Shown piece by piece: positions 47,436 through 56,140 of a stretch of 64,000 bases of DNA. This stretch comes from Candidatus Methylomirabilota bacterium (GTDB lineage Bacteria; Methylomirabilota; Methylomirabilia; Rokubacteriales; DASRDR01). Numbering within the stretch: the first letter of the stretch is position 1; the number at the start of each line of letters is the position of its first letter. Made by a program: the position numbers and the translations under genes. Location: contig DASZOL010000069.1 of assembly GCA_035550795.1 (NCBI GenBank), positions 3,942 through 67,941 of the forward strand, read 5' to 3'. Under the pieces are notes generated by a model. The model made no database searches. It was not told the origin of the DNA and saw only the letters and a program-made list of their open reading frames with translations.

Positions 47436-48364
47436 CAGGCCTTCTGGGGCGTCTGCACGCCGAAAAGACCGGCCGGGCGGAAGACGAGGACGATGATGAG
47501 AATGGAAAAGATGATGACGTCCGTCCACTTCACCTCGAGGAGCTGGCCACCGAGCGACTGGATCAGGCCGATGAGGAGCCCGCCCACCACGGCGCCCGGG
47601 ATGTTCCCGATGCCGCCCAGCACCGCCGACGTGAACGCCCGCAGGCCGGTCTGGTAGCCGATGTAGAAGGCGGTGAACCCGTAGTAGAAGCCGAAGAACA
47701 GACTCCCCGCACCCGCGAGGGCCGACCCGAGGAAGAACGTCAGGATGATCACGCGGTCGACGTCGACCCCCATCATCTTGGCGGCGTCCATGTCCTGGGC
47801 CGTGGCGCGCATCGCCTTGCCGAGGGCCGTGTGGCGGACCAGATAGTTCAGCCCCATCATCAGCACCAGGCCGACCACGACGAGGAGGACCTGGCTCAGC
47901 GAGATCTCCGCTTGACCGATGAGCCACCGCCGGTCCGGAATGATCTTCGGGAACGGCTTCGTCTGGGGCCCGAGCGTCAACAGAATCGTATTGATCAGGA
48001 TGAATGCCACGCCGATCGTGGTGATCATCGGCGCCGTGCCGGACACGCCCCGCACCGGACGGAGGCAGACGCGCTCGATCACGACCCCCAGGCATCCGGT
48101 CGCCACCATGGTGACGACGAATACCAGGAGCAGCGTGCCGACCAGCGCCAGCCCGGTGAGGGCGCCCGACGAGCCGGTGTAGCCGAGGGCGTTGAGGAGA
48201 AGGAGCCCGAAGAACGTGCCCGTCATGAACACGCTGAAGTGGGCGAAGTTGATCAGCTCGATGATCCCGTAGACCATCGTGAAGCCCAGGGCCAGAAGGG
48301 CGTACATCATGCCCAGGGCGATGCCGTTGACGAGCTGCTGGAGGAAGACGTCGAAAACGCTCAT
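47435..48364 (-). CDS. livH: Branched-chain amino acid ABC permease
   Basis: YALLALGFTMVYG, AVLGGIG, FRPAGLFG. Confidence 0.92.
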   Translation of the reverse strand: MSVFDVFLQQLVNGIALGMMYALLALGFTMVYGIIELINFAHFSVFMTGTFFGLLLLNALGYTGSSGALTGLALVGTLLLVFVVTMVATGCLGVVIERVCLRPVRGVSGTAPMITTIGVAFILINTILLTLGPQTKPFPKIIPDRRWLIGQAEISLSQVLLVVVGLVLMMGLNYLVRHTALGKAMRATAQDMDAAKMMGVDVDRVIILTFFLGSALAGAGSLFFGFYYGFTAFYIGYQTGLRAFTSAVLGGIGNIPGAVVGGLLIGLIQSLGGQLLEVKWTDVIIFSILIIVLVFRPAGLFGVQTPQKA

Positions 48365-48431
48365 GGGCGGGGGGTGGTGTGATCGGACGGGCGGGCCGGG
48401 ATGGTCTCGACCCGCCCCCCGACGGTCACTC

Positions 48432-49640
48432 TTAGTTCTCGGGAGCCACGCCGACGTACTTGAACTTGCCGTCCTTCACTTGGTAGACGGAGACGACCTT
48501 GTTCTTAATGTCGCCGTTCTCGTCGTACTCGATCACCCCCTGGAGGGTGTTGAGCTTGGTCTTCTCGATCGCCTCCCGGACGTTCGACTTGTTCACGGGC
48601 TTCCCGGCCTTCGCGACCCGCTCGATCGCGTCCGCGATCACGAGGACCCCGTTGTAGCTGGTGATCGAGTAGTTCTGGGGGTCCCGCTTGTACTTCGACT
48701 TGAACTTGTTGATCCATTCCTGCGCCTTGGCGTCGTTCAGCATGTCGGGCGCGGCGATCGTCGCGACCCAGCCCTCCGCCGCGTCCTTACCCGCCTGCTC
48801 GGGAAACGACAGGTCGTAGATCCCGTCGGAGCCGAGCTTGTGCACCTTGGGCATGATCTCGTGGAGCTGGCGGGCCAGCTTCACGGCCGCCTGCTGAACG
48901 CCGCCGTAGTAGATCGCATCGGGGTTCATGCCCTTGATCTTCGTCAGGATCGTCTTGTAGTCGGCTTCCTTCGGGTCGAGCCGGTCGCGGCCGAGCACCT
49001 TGATCCCAAGCTCCTCGGCCTTCTTAGTGAACGTGTTCGCGACGCCGACCCCGAACGCCCCGCTGTCGTCCAGCACGTAGACGCTCTTGGCGTTCAGCGT
49101 CTTCTTCGCGTAGACGGCCACGTTCGGGCCCTGGTACGTGTCCGTCGTGACGTTCCGGAAGAACACCGGCTTGCCCTTCGGGCGGTACTGCGCCTTGAAC
49201 TTCGGGTCGGTGATGTCGGGGTTGGTCGCGCTCTGCGAGACGGTCGCCATGTCGCCCTCGCTCGCGATGGGCGAGATCGCCTTCCCCTCACCGCTCATCA
49301 TCGTGCCGATCGCCCCGACGACGGCGCCGTCGGCGATGTACTTCCGGTAGTTGGTCGCCGCCTGCGCCGGATCGTACTGCCCCGCGGCCGGCGTGGCGCT
49401 GTCCAGGACCCACAGCTCGAGCTTGTTGCCGGCGGCGCCGCCCTTCTGGTTGATCTCGTCGATGGCCATCTGGGCGCCCTTGACCATCGCGTCCGAGCTG
49501 TCGGCGTCCGCGCCGGTCACCGGGATGGACATGCCGATCTTGTAGGTTTTCGTCTGGGCTCCGCCGCTGCCCGGCAGGACCACGAGCAGGCCCACCGCCA
49601 GCAGCACGGCCAGCGTTCCGATGACGCCACGTCGAATCAT
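48432..49640 (-). CDS. Branched-chain amino acid ABC substrate-binding protein (LivJ/K-like)
   Basis: Signal peptide; GAQMAIDEIN..GG, ATNP, YSITSYNG; SD GGAGG. Confidence 0.9.
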   Translation of the reverse strand: MIRRGVIGTLAVLLAVGLLVVLPGSGGAQTKTYKIGMSIPVTGADADSSDAMVKGAQMAIDEINQKGGAAGNKLELWVLDSATPAAGQYDPAQAATNYRKYIADGAVVGAIGTMMSGEGKAISPIASEGDMATVSQSATNPDITDPKFKAQYRPKGKPVFFRNVTTDTYQGPNVAVYAKKTLNAKSVYVLDDSGAFGVGVANTFTKKAEELGIKVLGRDRLDPKEADYKTILTKIKGMNPDAIYYGGVQQAAVKLARQLHEIMPKVHKLGSDGIYDLSFPEQAGKDAAEGWVATIAAPDMLNDAKAQEWINKFKSKYKRDPQNYSITSYNGVLVIADAIERVAKAGKPVNKSNVREAIEKTKLNTLQGVIEYDENGDIKNKVVSVYQVKDGKFKYVGVAPEN

Positions 49641-49795
49641 CTTCTGACCTCCGGGTAAGAGCATCGGGTTCGGAAGGATACGCGGATCTCAGCGCGGGAC
49701 CCTCGCATTCGAGGTCGCCCATCACCTCCTCGGCCACCGTTCGGCTTCGCGCCGCCCGAGCACACTGCCGCCCGCCCGGGCGCAGGGTGCCCGCT

Positions 49796-49824
49796 ATTTT
49801 CGGCATGACGCGGCGCAAAATCAA
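49796..49824 (-). promoter_or_regulatory. Promoter TTGATT-17-GAAAAT for the liv operon (~150-nt leader)
   Basis: A/T-rich hexamers, exact spacing. Confidence 0.55.
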
Positions 49825-49871
49825 GCGGGGCGCCCCGGAGCTCCGGCCGGCGCTGGAGCCGAGGGGTCACC

Positions 49872-50300
49872 TCAGATGGCCTGCTGGATGGCGTCCAGGA
49901 CCGCGGTCTCCACGTTCTGCTCGGTGGCCGTCACGGGCTTCCGCTCCGTCATCCAGAGGATGCGCTCCTCGGTGTAGAGCTCCCGCTCGACGGTGACCGT
50001 CGTCCGCCCCTCGCCGGCCGCCTTGAGGGCGACGCGGAGCTTGTGGCGCAAACCCTTGCCGTAAACGGCGTAATCCTTGAAATCCACACCCCGGGAGTCC
50101 GTGAGGATCCACCCCACCGTCCGGTCGGACTGGTCGATCTCCCAGCCGAGGCTCTTCAGGACCGACTCCGTCACGGCCCAGACACGGTCGACCGGGGCGT
50201 TGAACGTCCGGCTCGGGGCGTCCGCCGCCCCGGCGGAGCCCAGGCCCCCGACCACCCCGAGCGCTAGCACGAGGACGCCGATGCGACCGATCCTGCTCAT
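49872..50300 (-). CDS. Exported protein, DUF3568/BamC-like helix-grip fold
   Basis: Signal peptide; TFNAPVDRVWAV...LGWEI...DR..G.I.T; ATGA overlap with hemY stop. Confidence 0.6.
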   Translation of the reverse strand: MSRIGRIGVLVLALGVVGGLGSAGAADAPSRTFNAPVDRVWAVTESVLKSLGWEIDQSDRTVGWILTDSRGVDFKDYAVYGKGLRHKLRVALKAAGEGRTTVTVERELYTEERILWMTERKPVTATEQNVETAVLDAIQQAI

Positions 50301-51721
50301 GGCAACCGTCCTTTGAGGATGGAGGTGAGGCGCTCGGCGGCGGCTTCGCCCGAGCGCACGCAGTCCGCGATCCCGACGCCGCGGTAGGCGCCGCCCGCGA
50401 GGGCGAGGCCGGGCAGGGCGTCGAGCCGGGCCTCGATCGCCGCGACCCGGTCGAGATGGCCGACATCGTACTGCGGCATGGCGCCGGGGTGGCGCCACAC
50501 GCGGGCGAGCACCGGCGCCCCGACGATCCCGAGGAGCGGCGCCACGTCGTCGTGGGCCAGGCGGGCGAGCGCCGCGTCCTCGCGGGCGAGCAGCTCGGCC
50601 TGCAAGGCGCCGCCGATGAACACGCGCAGGAGGGTGAATCCCTCTGGCGCGCGCCCCGGATACTTCACGCTCGAGAAGGTACAGGCGAGGGTCGCGCGCC
50701 GCTCCCCCCCGGGGACCACGAACCCGAAGCCGTCGAGAGGATGGCGGATCGCGGCCCTCGGATAGGCGAGCGCGACCGTCGCCGACGAGGCATACGCGAT
50801 CCCGCCGAGCAGCGCGGCAAGCGCGGGGTCCGCGCCAGCCACGAGCGGCGCCATCCGCGGGGCCGGCCCGGCCAGGACGATCCCGGCCGCCTTGAGAAGC
50901 GCCCCGCCGGATAGCCGCACCCCCCAGCCCTCCGGCGACGGCGCGACGGCGGCTGCCGGCGTGCCGGGCCGGACCGCGCCGGCCGGGAGCCGCGCCGCGA
51001 GGGCCGTGACCAGCTCCTCCATGCCCCCGGCCAGCGTGACGAAGAGGCTCCAGCGGGCTCCGCTCGCCCCGGCCGCCTCTCCGCGCCGGGCCGTCCGGCG
51101 AAGGCCGAGGATCAGGCTCCGGTGCTCGCGCTCCAGCGCGAGGAAGCGAGGCATGGTCGCCGCGAGGGACAGGCGGTCGGCGTCCGCCGTGTAGATCCCA
51201 CCGACGAGCGGCTGGGCGACCCGCTCGAGCGCCTCGCGCCCGAGCCGGCGCCGCACGAAGCTCCCGAGGCTCTCGTCCCCGGCGCCGCGGCGGCGTGGCA
51301 GGAGGAGGTCGAGCCCGAGCCGGAGCTTCCCGCGCCAGGAGAAGACGCCCGACGCGAGGACCGGCCACGCGCGCGTGGGGGCCAGGAGGAGGAAGCCCTC
51401 CGGCAGCGGACGCAGCCGGCCGCCGCGCACGACGTAGGTCCGCCGGAGGCGAGCGTCCGTCCGGCGGAGGCGCGGACCGAGCCCGATCCGCTCCGCGAGG
51501 GCGAGGGCCCACGGCTTCTCGGAGATGAACGAGTCAGGCCCCCCCTCGAGCAGGAACCCATCGGCGCACTCGGTCTGGATCGTGCCCCCGAGCCGCCCGG
51601 CCGCCTCGAGGACGACCAGGTCGAGCGGCCGGCCCGCGTCCCGCGAGAGCTCGACGAGCCGGTGGGCCGCGGCGAGCCCGGTGATCCCGCCGCCCACGAC
51701 GACGACCCGGAGCGGCGTCAC
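50297..51721 (-). CDS. hemY: Protoporphyrinogen/coproporphyrinogen oxidase (HemY type)
   Basis: GGGITGL, EGGPDSF, GGIY, MPQYDVGH, GIADCVRSG. Confidence 0.93.
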   Translation of the reverse strand: MTPLRVVVVGGGITGLAAAHRLVELSRDAGRPLDLVVLEAAGRLGGTIQTECADGFLLEGGPDSFISEKPWALALAERIGLGPRLRRTDARLRRTYVVRGGRLRPLPEGFLLLAPTRAWPVLASGVFSWRGKLRLGLDLLLPRRRGAGDESLGSFVRRRLGREALERVAQPLVGGIYTADADRLSLAATMPRFLALEREHRSLILGLRRTARRGEAAGASGARWSLFVTLAGGMEELVTALAARLPAGAVRPGTPAAAVAPSPEGWGVRLSGGALLKAAGIVLAGPAPRMAPLVAGADPALAALLGGIAYASSATVALAYPRAAIRHPLDGFGFVVPGGERRATLACTFSSVKYPGRAPEGFTLLRVFIGGALQAELLAREDAALARLAHDDVAPLLGIVGAPVLARVWRHPGAMPQYDVGHLDRVAAIEARLDALPGLALAGGAYRGVGIADCVRSGEAAAERLTSILKGRLP

Positions 51722-51745
51722 GCGCCCTTCACCCAGCCCGAGGGG

Positions 51746-52768
51746 CTACCGCTGCGAGAGCTCATGAACGGCGTCGACGAGCGCCCGCACGTGGTCCACC
51801 GGGGTGCCGGGCAGCACGCCGTGGCCGAGGTTGAAGATGTGGCCCGGCCGGCCGTCGGCCTGCCCCAGAATCACGGCCGCCCGGCGCCGGATCTCGGCCG
51901 GCGGGGCGAACAGCGCCGCCGGGTCGAGGTTCCCCTGGATCGCGGCGTCGTGGCCGACTCGGCGCCAGCCCTCGTCCAGCGCGACGCGCCAGTCGAGCCC
52001 GATGACGTCGCCGCCGGCCTCGCGCAGCGTCTCGAGCAGACCCGCCGTGCCCGTCCCGAAGTGGATCGCGGGCACCCCGGGCGTGAGCGATCCGAGGATC
52101 GTCCGCGTGTGGGGCAGCACGAAGGCCCGATAGTCGTCCGGGCCGAGCGCCCCCACCCAGGAGTCGAAGAGCTGCACCGCCTGCGCGCCGGCGGCGATCT
52201 GCCCGTCCAGGTAGCGCGCCGTGGTCCGGGCGAGAAGCCCCAGCAGGGCGTGCCACGCGCCGGGGTCTCCGTACATGAGCCGCTTCGTTTCGAGGTAGTC
52301 GCGGGAGGCGCCCCCCTCGATCAGGTACGACGCGACGGTGAACGGCGCGCCCGCGAATCCGATGAGCGGCACCCGCTCGCCGAGCGCGGCGCGCACCCGG
52401 CGGACCGTCTCGAAGACGAAGGGGACGGTCTCCGCGGGGTCACGCTCGATCAGCCGCTCGACGTCGGCCGCCGAGCGCACCGGGCGGCGGATGACCGGCC
52501 CCTCCCCCTGGGCGAACTCGAGGCCCACGCCGAGCGACTCCACCACCAGCAGGATGTCGGCAAAGAGGATGGCGGCGTCGACGCCGAGCTTCTCGACCGG
52601 GAGCAGCGTCACCTCGGCGGCGGCGTCCGGGGTCCGGCACAGATCGAGGAACCCGAACCGCGCGCGGATCGCGCGATATTCGGGGAGGAAGCGCCCCGCC
52701 TGGCGCATGAGCCACACGGGCGTGAACGGCGCCGGGCGGCGGCGGCAGGCGGCAAGGAACGGGTGCAC
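51746..52768 (-). CDS. hemE: Uroporphyrinogen decarboxylase
   Basis: PVWLMRQAGR, AAILFADIL, AVQLFDSW, QGNLDP, FNLGHG. Confidence 0.96.
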   Translation of the reverse strand: MHPFLAACRRRPAPFTPVWLMRQAGRFLPEYRAIRARFGFLDLCRTPDAAAEVTLLPVEKLGVDAAILFADILLVVESLGVGLEFAQGEGPVIRRPVRSAADVERLIERDPAETVPFVFETVRRVRAALGERVPLIGFAGAPFTVASYLIEGGASRDYLETKRLMYGDPGAWHALLGLLARTTARYLDGQIAAGAQAVQLFDSWVGALGPDDYRAFVLPHTRTILGSLTPGVPAIHFGTGTAGLLETLREAGGDVIGLDWRVALDEGWRRVGHDAAIQGNLDPAALFAPPAEIRRRAAVILGQADGRPGHIFNLGHGVLPGTPVDHVRALVDAVHELSQR

Positions 52769-52845
52769 GACCGGGACTGGCCTCCTCCCGAGCCTGTCTG
52801 TCGAGGTACCGCCCGGGAACGCGGTGGGCATCGAGCAGCACCGCC

Positions 52846-52855
52846 ATGATAGCAT
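52846..52855. promoter_or_regulatory. Overlapping divergent extended -10 elements (ATGATAGCAT)
   Basis: + strand TG-A-TAGCAT; - strand TG-C-TATCAT. Confidence 0.55.
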
Positions 52856-52903
52856 CGCCCCGTCGGCCATGACGCCCCTCCCTTCCAGGATGGACTCCCC
52901 GTC

Positions 52904-53083
52904 GTGACGACCACGCCCGAGCGCGCCCGCCAGGGAACGCTTGCCGACCTGGCGGCGGCGATCGAGCGGGCGGCCGCCGATCTGGCGCTTGCCGAGGAGC
53001 CCGCGGGCTTTCCGGCGGCCCTCGATGGGGGGGCGCCGCCGGCCGAGCCGGCGGTCGTCCCGGCCGAGCGATCCGGTGGCTGA
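52904..53083 (+). CDS. 59-aa small protein, putative GatC/AtzG-like amidase partner
   Basis: Helical LADLAAAIERAAADLALAEEPAGF; overlaps amidase start by 8 nt. Confidence 0.55.
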   Translation: MTTTPERARQGTLADLAAAIERAAADLALAEEPAGFPAALDGGAPPAEPAVVPAERSGG

Positions 53084-54479
53084 CGAGACCCTGGCCGGGC
53101 TCGCTCAGAGGATCCGGGCGCGCGAGATCTCCCCGGTCGAGGCCACCCAGGCCTGCCTGGCGCGGGTGGAGGCCATCGGGCCCCGGCTCCATGCGTTCGT
53201 CCGCGTCGATGCCGAGGAAGCTCTCCAGACGGCCCGGATCCGGGAGGCGGAGGTGAAGGCCGGCCGGACGCGCGGCCCGCTCCACGGGGTCCCGCTCGCC
53301 CACAAGGACCTCTTCGTCTGGCGCGCCCGCCCCGCCTCCTGCGGCACGGCGTTCCCCGAGTACTTCCGGGCCGACCACGACGCGACGGCGGTCGCTCGCC
53401 TGGAGGCGGCCGGGGCCATCACGCTCGGCCGGCTGAACCTCTCGGAGCTGGCCCTCGGCCCGTTCGGCGACAACGCCCACCACGGCGACGCCGAGACGCC
53501 CTGGCGCCACGGCCACTGCGCCGGCGGGTCGTCGAGCGGGTCCGGCGTGGCCGTGGCGGCGGGGCTCGTGTACGGGGCGCTCGGCACCGACACGGGCGGC
53601 TCGATCCGGCTGCCCGCGGCGTGCTGCGGCATCGTGGGGCTCAAGCCCACCTATGGACGCGTGAGCCGGGCGGGCGGGATGCCGCTCTCCTGGTCGCTCG
53701 ACCACGTGGGCCCCCTCGCCCGGACCGTGCGGGACGCGGCCATCCTGCTCGGCGTCATCGCGGGCGTCGACGCCCGCGACGCGACGACGAGCGCCCGCCC
53801 GGTCCCGGACTACGTGGCGGGCCTTGACCGGCCGATTACCGGCTTGCGGGTCGGCGTGCCCGACCGCTACTACGGGGACGGAATCGACGCGCAGGTCCAG
53901 ACCGCGGTCCAGCGGGCGACGGAGACGCTGCGCGGGCTGGGCGCGGAGGTCGTGGAGTCGCCTCTCCCCGATCCGGCGCTTCTCAACGACCTCGCGAACG
54001 TGATCGCGCGCAGCGAGAGCGCGGCCGTGCACGCCCGCATCGTTCGCGAGTCGCCCCACGCGCTCCAGCCGGCGGTGCTCTCGCGCCTGGAGATCGGGTT
54101 CCACGTGAGGGCCCACGACTACCTGCAGGCGAACCGGCTCCGTGCTCGCGCGGCGCGGACCTTCGTCGCCGAGGTCTTCGCGCGGGTCGACGTCCTCGTC
54201 GCGCCGACGATCCCCGAGCCCGCTCCGGCGCTGGCCGCGGTGAAGGCGGGGACGCCCGACGAGATCGTCCGCCGCATGGGCCGCTTCTCGCGCCTGACGC
54301 GCCCCTGGAACGCCCTCGGGCTGCCGGCGCTCACAGTGCCTTGCGGGTTCGCGGCGGACGGGCGCCCGATGGGGTTCCAGATGATCGGCCGTCCCTTCGA
54401 CGAGGCCACGCTGCTCCGCGCCGGCCACGCCTACGAGCAGACGGCGGGCTGGTGGCAGCGGCGCCCGCCGCTCCCGTAA
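53076..54479 (+). CDS. Amidase signature family protein (GatA/AtzE-like)
   Basis: GVPLAHKD, GGSSSGS, GTDTGGSIR, GLKPTYGRVS. Confidence 0.92.
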   Translation: MADETLAGLAQRIRAREISPVEATQACLARVEAIGPRLHAFVRVDAEEALQTARIREAEVKAGRTRGPLHGVPLAHKDLFVWRARPASCGTAFPEYFRADHDATAVARLEAAGAITLGRLNLSELALGPFGDNAHHGDAETPWRHGHCAGGSSSGSGVAVAAGLVYGALGTDTGGSIRLPAACCGIVGLKPTYGRVSRAGGMPLSWSLDHVGPLARTVRDAAILLGVIAGVDARDATTSARPVPDYVAGLDRPITGLRVGVPDRYYGDGIDAQVQTAVQRATETLRGLGAEVVESPLPDPALLNDLANVIARSESAAVHARIVRESPHALQPAVLSRLEIGFHVRAHDYLQANRLRARAARTFVAEVFARVDVLVAPTIPEPAPALAAVKAGTPDEIVRRMGRFSRLTRPWNALGLPALTVPCGFAADGRPMGFQMIGRPFDEATLLRAGHAYEQTAGWWQRRPPLP

Positions 54480-54495
54480 CCCGGACACGCCGCGC

Positions 54496-55032
54496 GTGGC
54501 GACTCCCGGACCGGTCTCCGAGCGCGAGCTGGACGGCTCGCTCACCGAGTACTTCGACATGGACGTCCGGGGCGACCGGGTCGAGCGCCTGCTGACGGAG
54601 CTCTTCACCGAGCACTGGCGGGGCCTGACGGTCGGGCCGCTGATCCAGGGCGCGGTGTTCGAGGTGCGCTTCACGGGCCCGCCGCGGGTCACGATGCTGG
54701 ACGGCTACATGACCGTCGACCCCGGCCCGTGGCACTTCCATCTCTGCGTGAACGACCACCGGGAGGCGCCGCCGGAGCTCGCGGCCATCCGCCGGGTCGG
54801 GCGCGCGGCCTTCTTCCGGGCACACGGCACGGGCGGGGCCGGTCACGCCCCGATGACCTGGGGCCTCCGGCTCTGGAACGGGCGCGGCGAGCAGATGGTC
54901 ACTGTCCTCTTCCCGAGCGCCTACTATTCGGACGCGATGGAGCTCCTGCCGGAGCCCGACTGGCGCCGGCTCGCGCTATGGGAGGCGCTGCGCGGGCAGC
55001 ATGCGGCGGGGGCCGCGCCCGGGCGCGGCTGA
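54496..55032 (+). CDS. Hypothetical protein, possible HemS/ChuX-like fold
   Basis: GAVFEVR, DGYMTV..GPWHFHLC, WGLRLWNGRGEQMVTVLFP. Confidence 0.6.
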   Translation: MATPGPVSERELDGSLTEYFDMDVRGDRVERLLTELFTEHWRGLTVGPLIQGAVFEVRFTGPPRVTMLDGYMTVDPGPWHFHLCVNDHREAPPELAAIRRVGRAAFFRAHGTGGAGHAPMTWGLRLWNGRGEQMVTVLFPSAYYSDAMELLPEPDWRRLALWEALRGQHAAGAAPGRG

Positions 55033-55066
55033 TCGGCCGTGGGCGCCCTGACGCGTGCCCACCGGC

Positions 55067-56140
55067 TCAGGTGGCGGCGCGCGATCGGGCGGACGAGCCC
55101 GCGCCGCCCGCCAGGCCCGCCCAGCCCGACCGCACGCGCGCGAGGAGCCGCGCCGTCCCGGCGGCGTCCAGGAACGCCGCCCCGGCCGCGTGCTCGGTCA
55201 GCACCGCCAGCTCGCCCGGCGTGAAGCCGAGCGTCGTGAGGCAGAGCTCCAGCTCGTCCAGCACGCTCGCGCCGAAGAAGGTGGGGTCGTCCGAGTTCAC
55301 GGTCACGCGCACGCCGGCGTCGTAGAGGCGCCGAAGCGGGTGGAGGGCGTGGCTCGCGACGGCCCCCGTCCGCACGTTGGAGGTCGGACACACCGTGAGC
55401 GGGATCGCCTCCCGCGCCAGGCGCACGACCAGCGCGGGGTCCTCGACGGCCCGGATGCCGTGATCCACGCGGTCCACGCCGAGCCGGTCGAGCGCCTCCC
55501 GGACGGAGTCGGGCCCGCCGACCTCACCCGCGTGGGCCGTGCGGTGGAATCCGCGCCGCGCGGCCTCGGCGTAGACCTCGCCGAAGGGACCGGGTGGATA
55601 CTCGACCTCGCTCCCGCCCAGCCCCACCGCCACGACGCCCTGACCGCGATAGGGGGTGACCTCCTCCAGCCGGCGGGCGGCCGTCGCCGGGCCGTGGTTG
55701 CGGATCAGGTCGACGACGAGCCCGCAGGTGATGTCGTGGGCGCGGGTCGCCCGCTCGATGCCCCGGAGCACCGCCTCGACGATCCCTGTGGCCTCGAGCG
55801 CGCTCGCCTTCACGTAGTCGCCGGGGGAGATGGAGGGCTCGACGTGCACGACGCCCAGCTGCGCCAGGTCGCCCAGCACCGACTCGGCCAGGGACTCGAA
55901 GTCCTCGTACCGGTCCAGGAATCCGCACTTCCACACCCAGCGCTCGATGAACTCGTCGAACGTCCGGAAGGCCAGCCGGGCGCGCAGGGCCTCGAGGGTC
56001 GCCACGCCCGCGTCGGGTCGGCGGCCCACCCGATCGAGCAGCCACGGCACCGCCATCGCCCCGTCGAGATGGAGATGGAGCTCCACCTTGGGCGCGGCGC
56101 GGAGCGCCGCGCGGACGCCGGGGTCGAGCCCCGGCGTCAC
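55067..56140 (-). CDS. add: Adenosine deaminase
   Basis: ELHLHLDG, HAGE, CPTSN, NSDDP; GTGA overlap with upstream gene. Confidence 0.9.
   Translation of the reverse strand: MTPGLDPGVRAALRAAPKVELHLHLDGAMAVPWLLDRVGRRPDAGVATLEALRARLAFRTFDEFIERWVWKCGFLDRYEDFESLAESVLGDLAQLGVVHVEPSISPGDYVKASALEATGIVEAVLRGIERATRAHDITCGLVVDLIRNHGPATAARRLEEVTPYRGQGVVAVGLGGSEVEYPPGPFGEVYAEAARRGFHRTAHAGEVGGPDSVREALDRLGVDRVDHGIRAVEDPALVVRLAREAIPLTVCPTSNVRTGAVASHALHPLRRLYDAGVRVTVNSDDPTFFGASVLDELELCLTTLGFTPGELAVLTEHAAGAAFLDAAGTARLLARVRSGWAGLAGGAGSSARSRAAT

Noticed and set aside
49637-49730. Perfect anti-SD complement (AGGAGGTGAT) and a 23-aa uORF ending in an ATGA overlap with the liv SBP start
   Set aside because: SD-to-AUG spacing is 2 or 16 nt, neither suitable, and the SBP has its own GGAGG; likely chance.
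1-56140. DUF1989, hydantoinase, ade, amidase and add as one N-heterocycle degradation system
   Set aside because: Scattered over more than 50 kb in separate transcription units.
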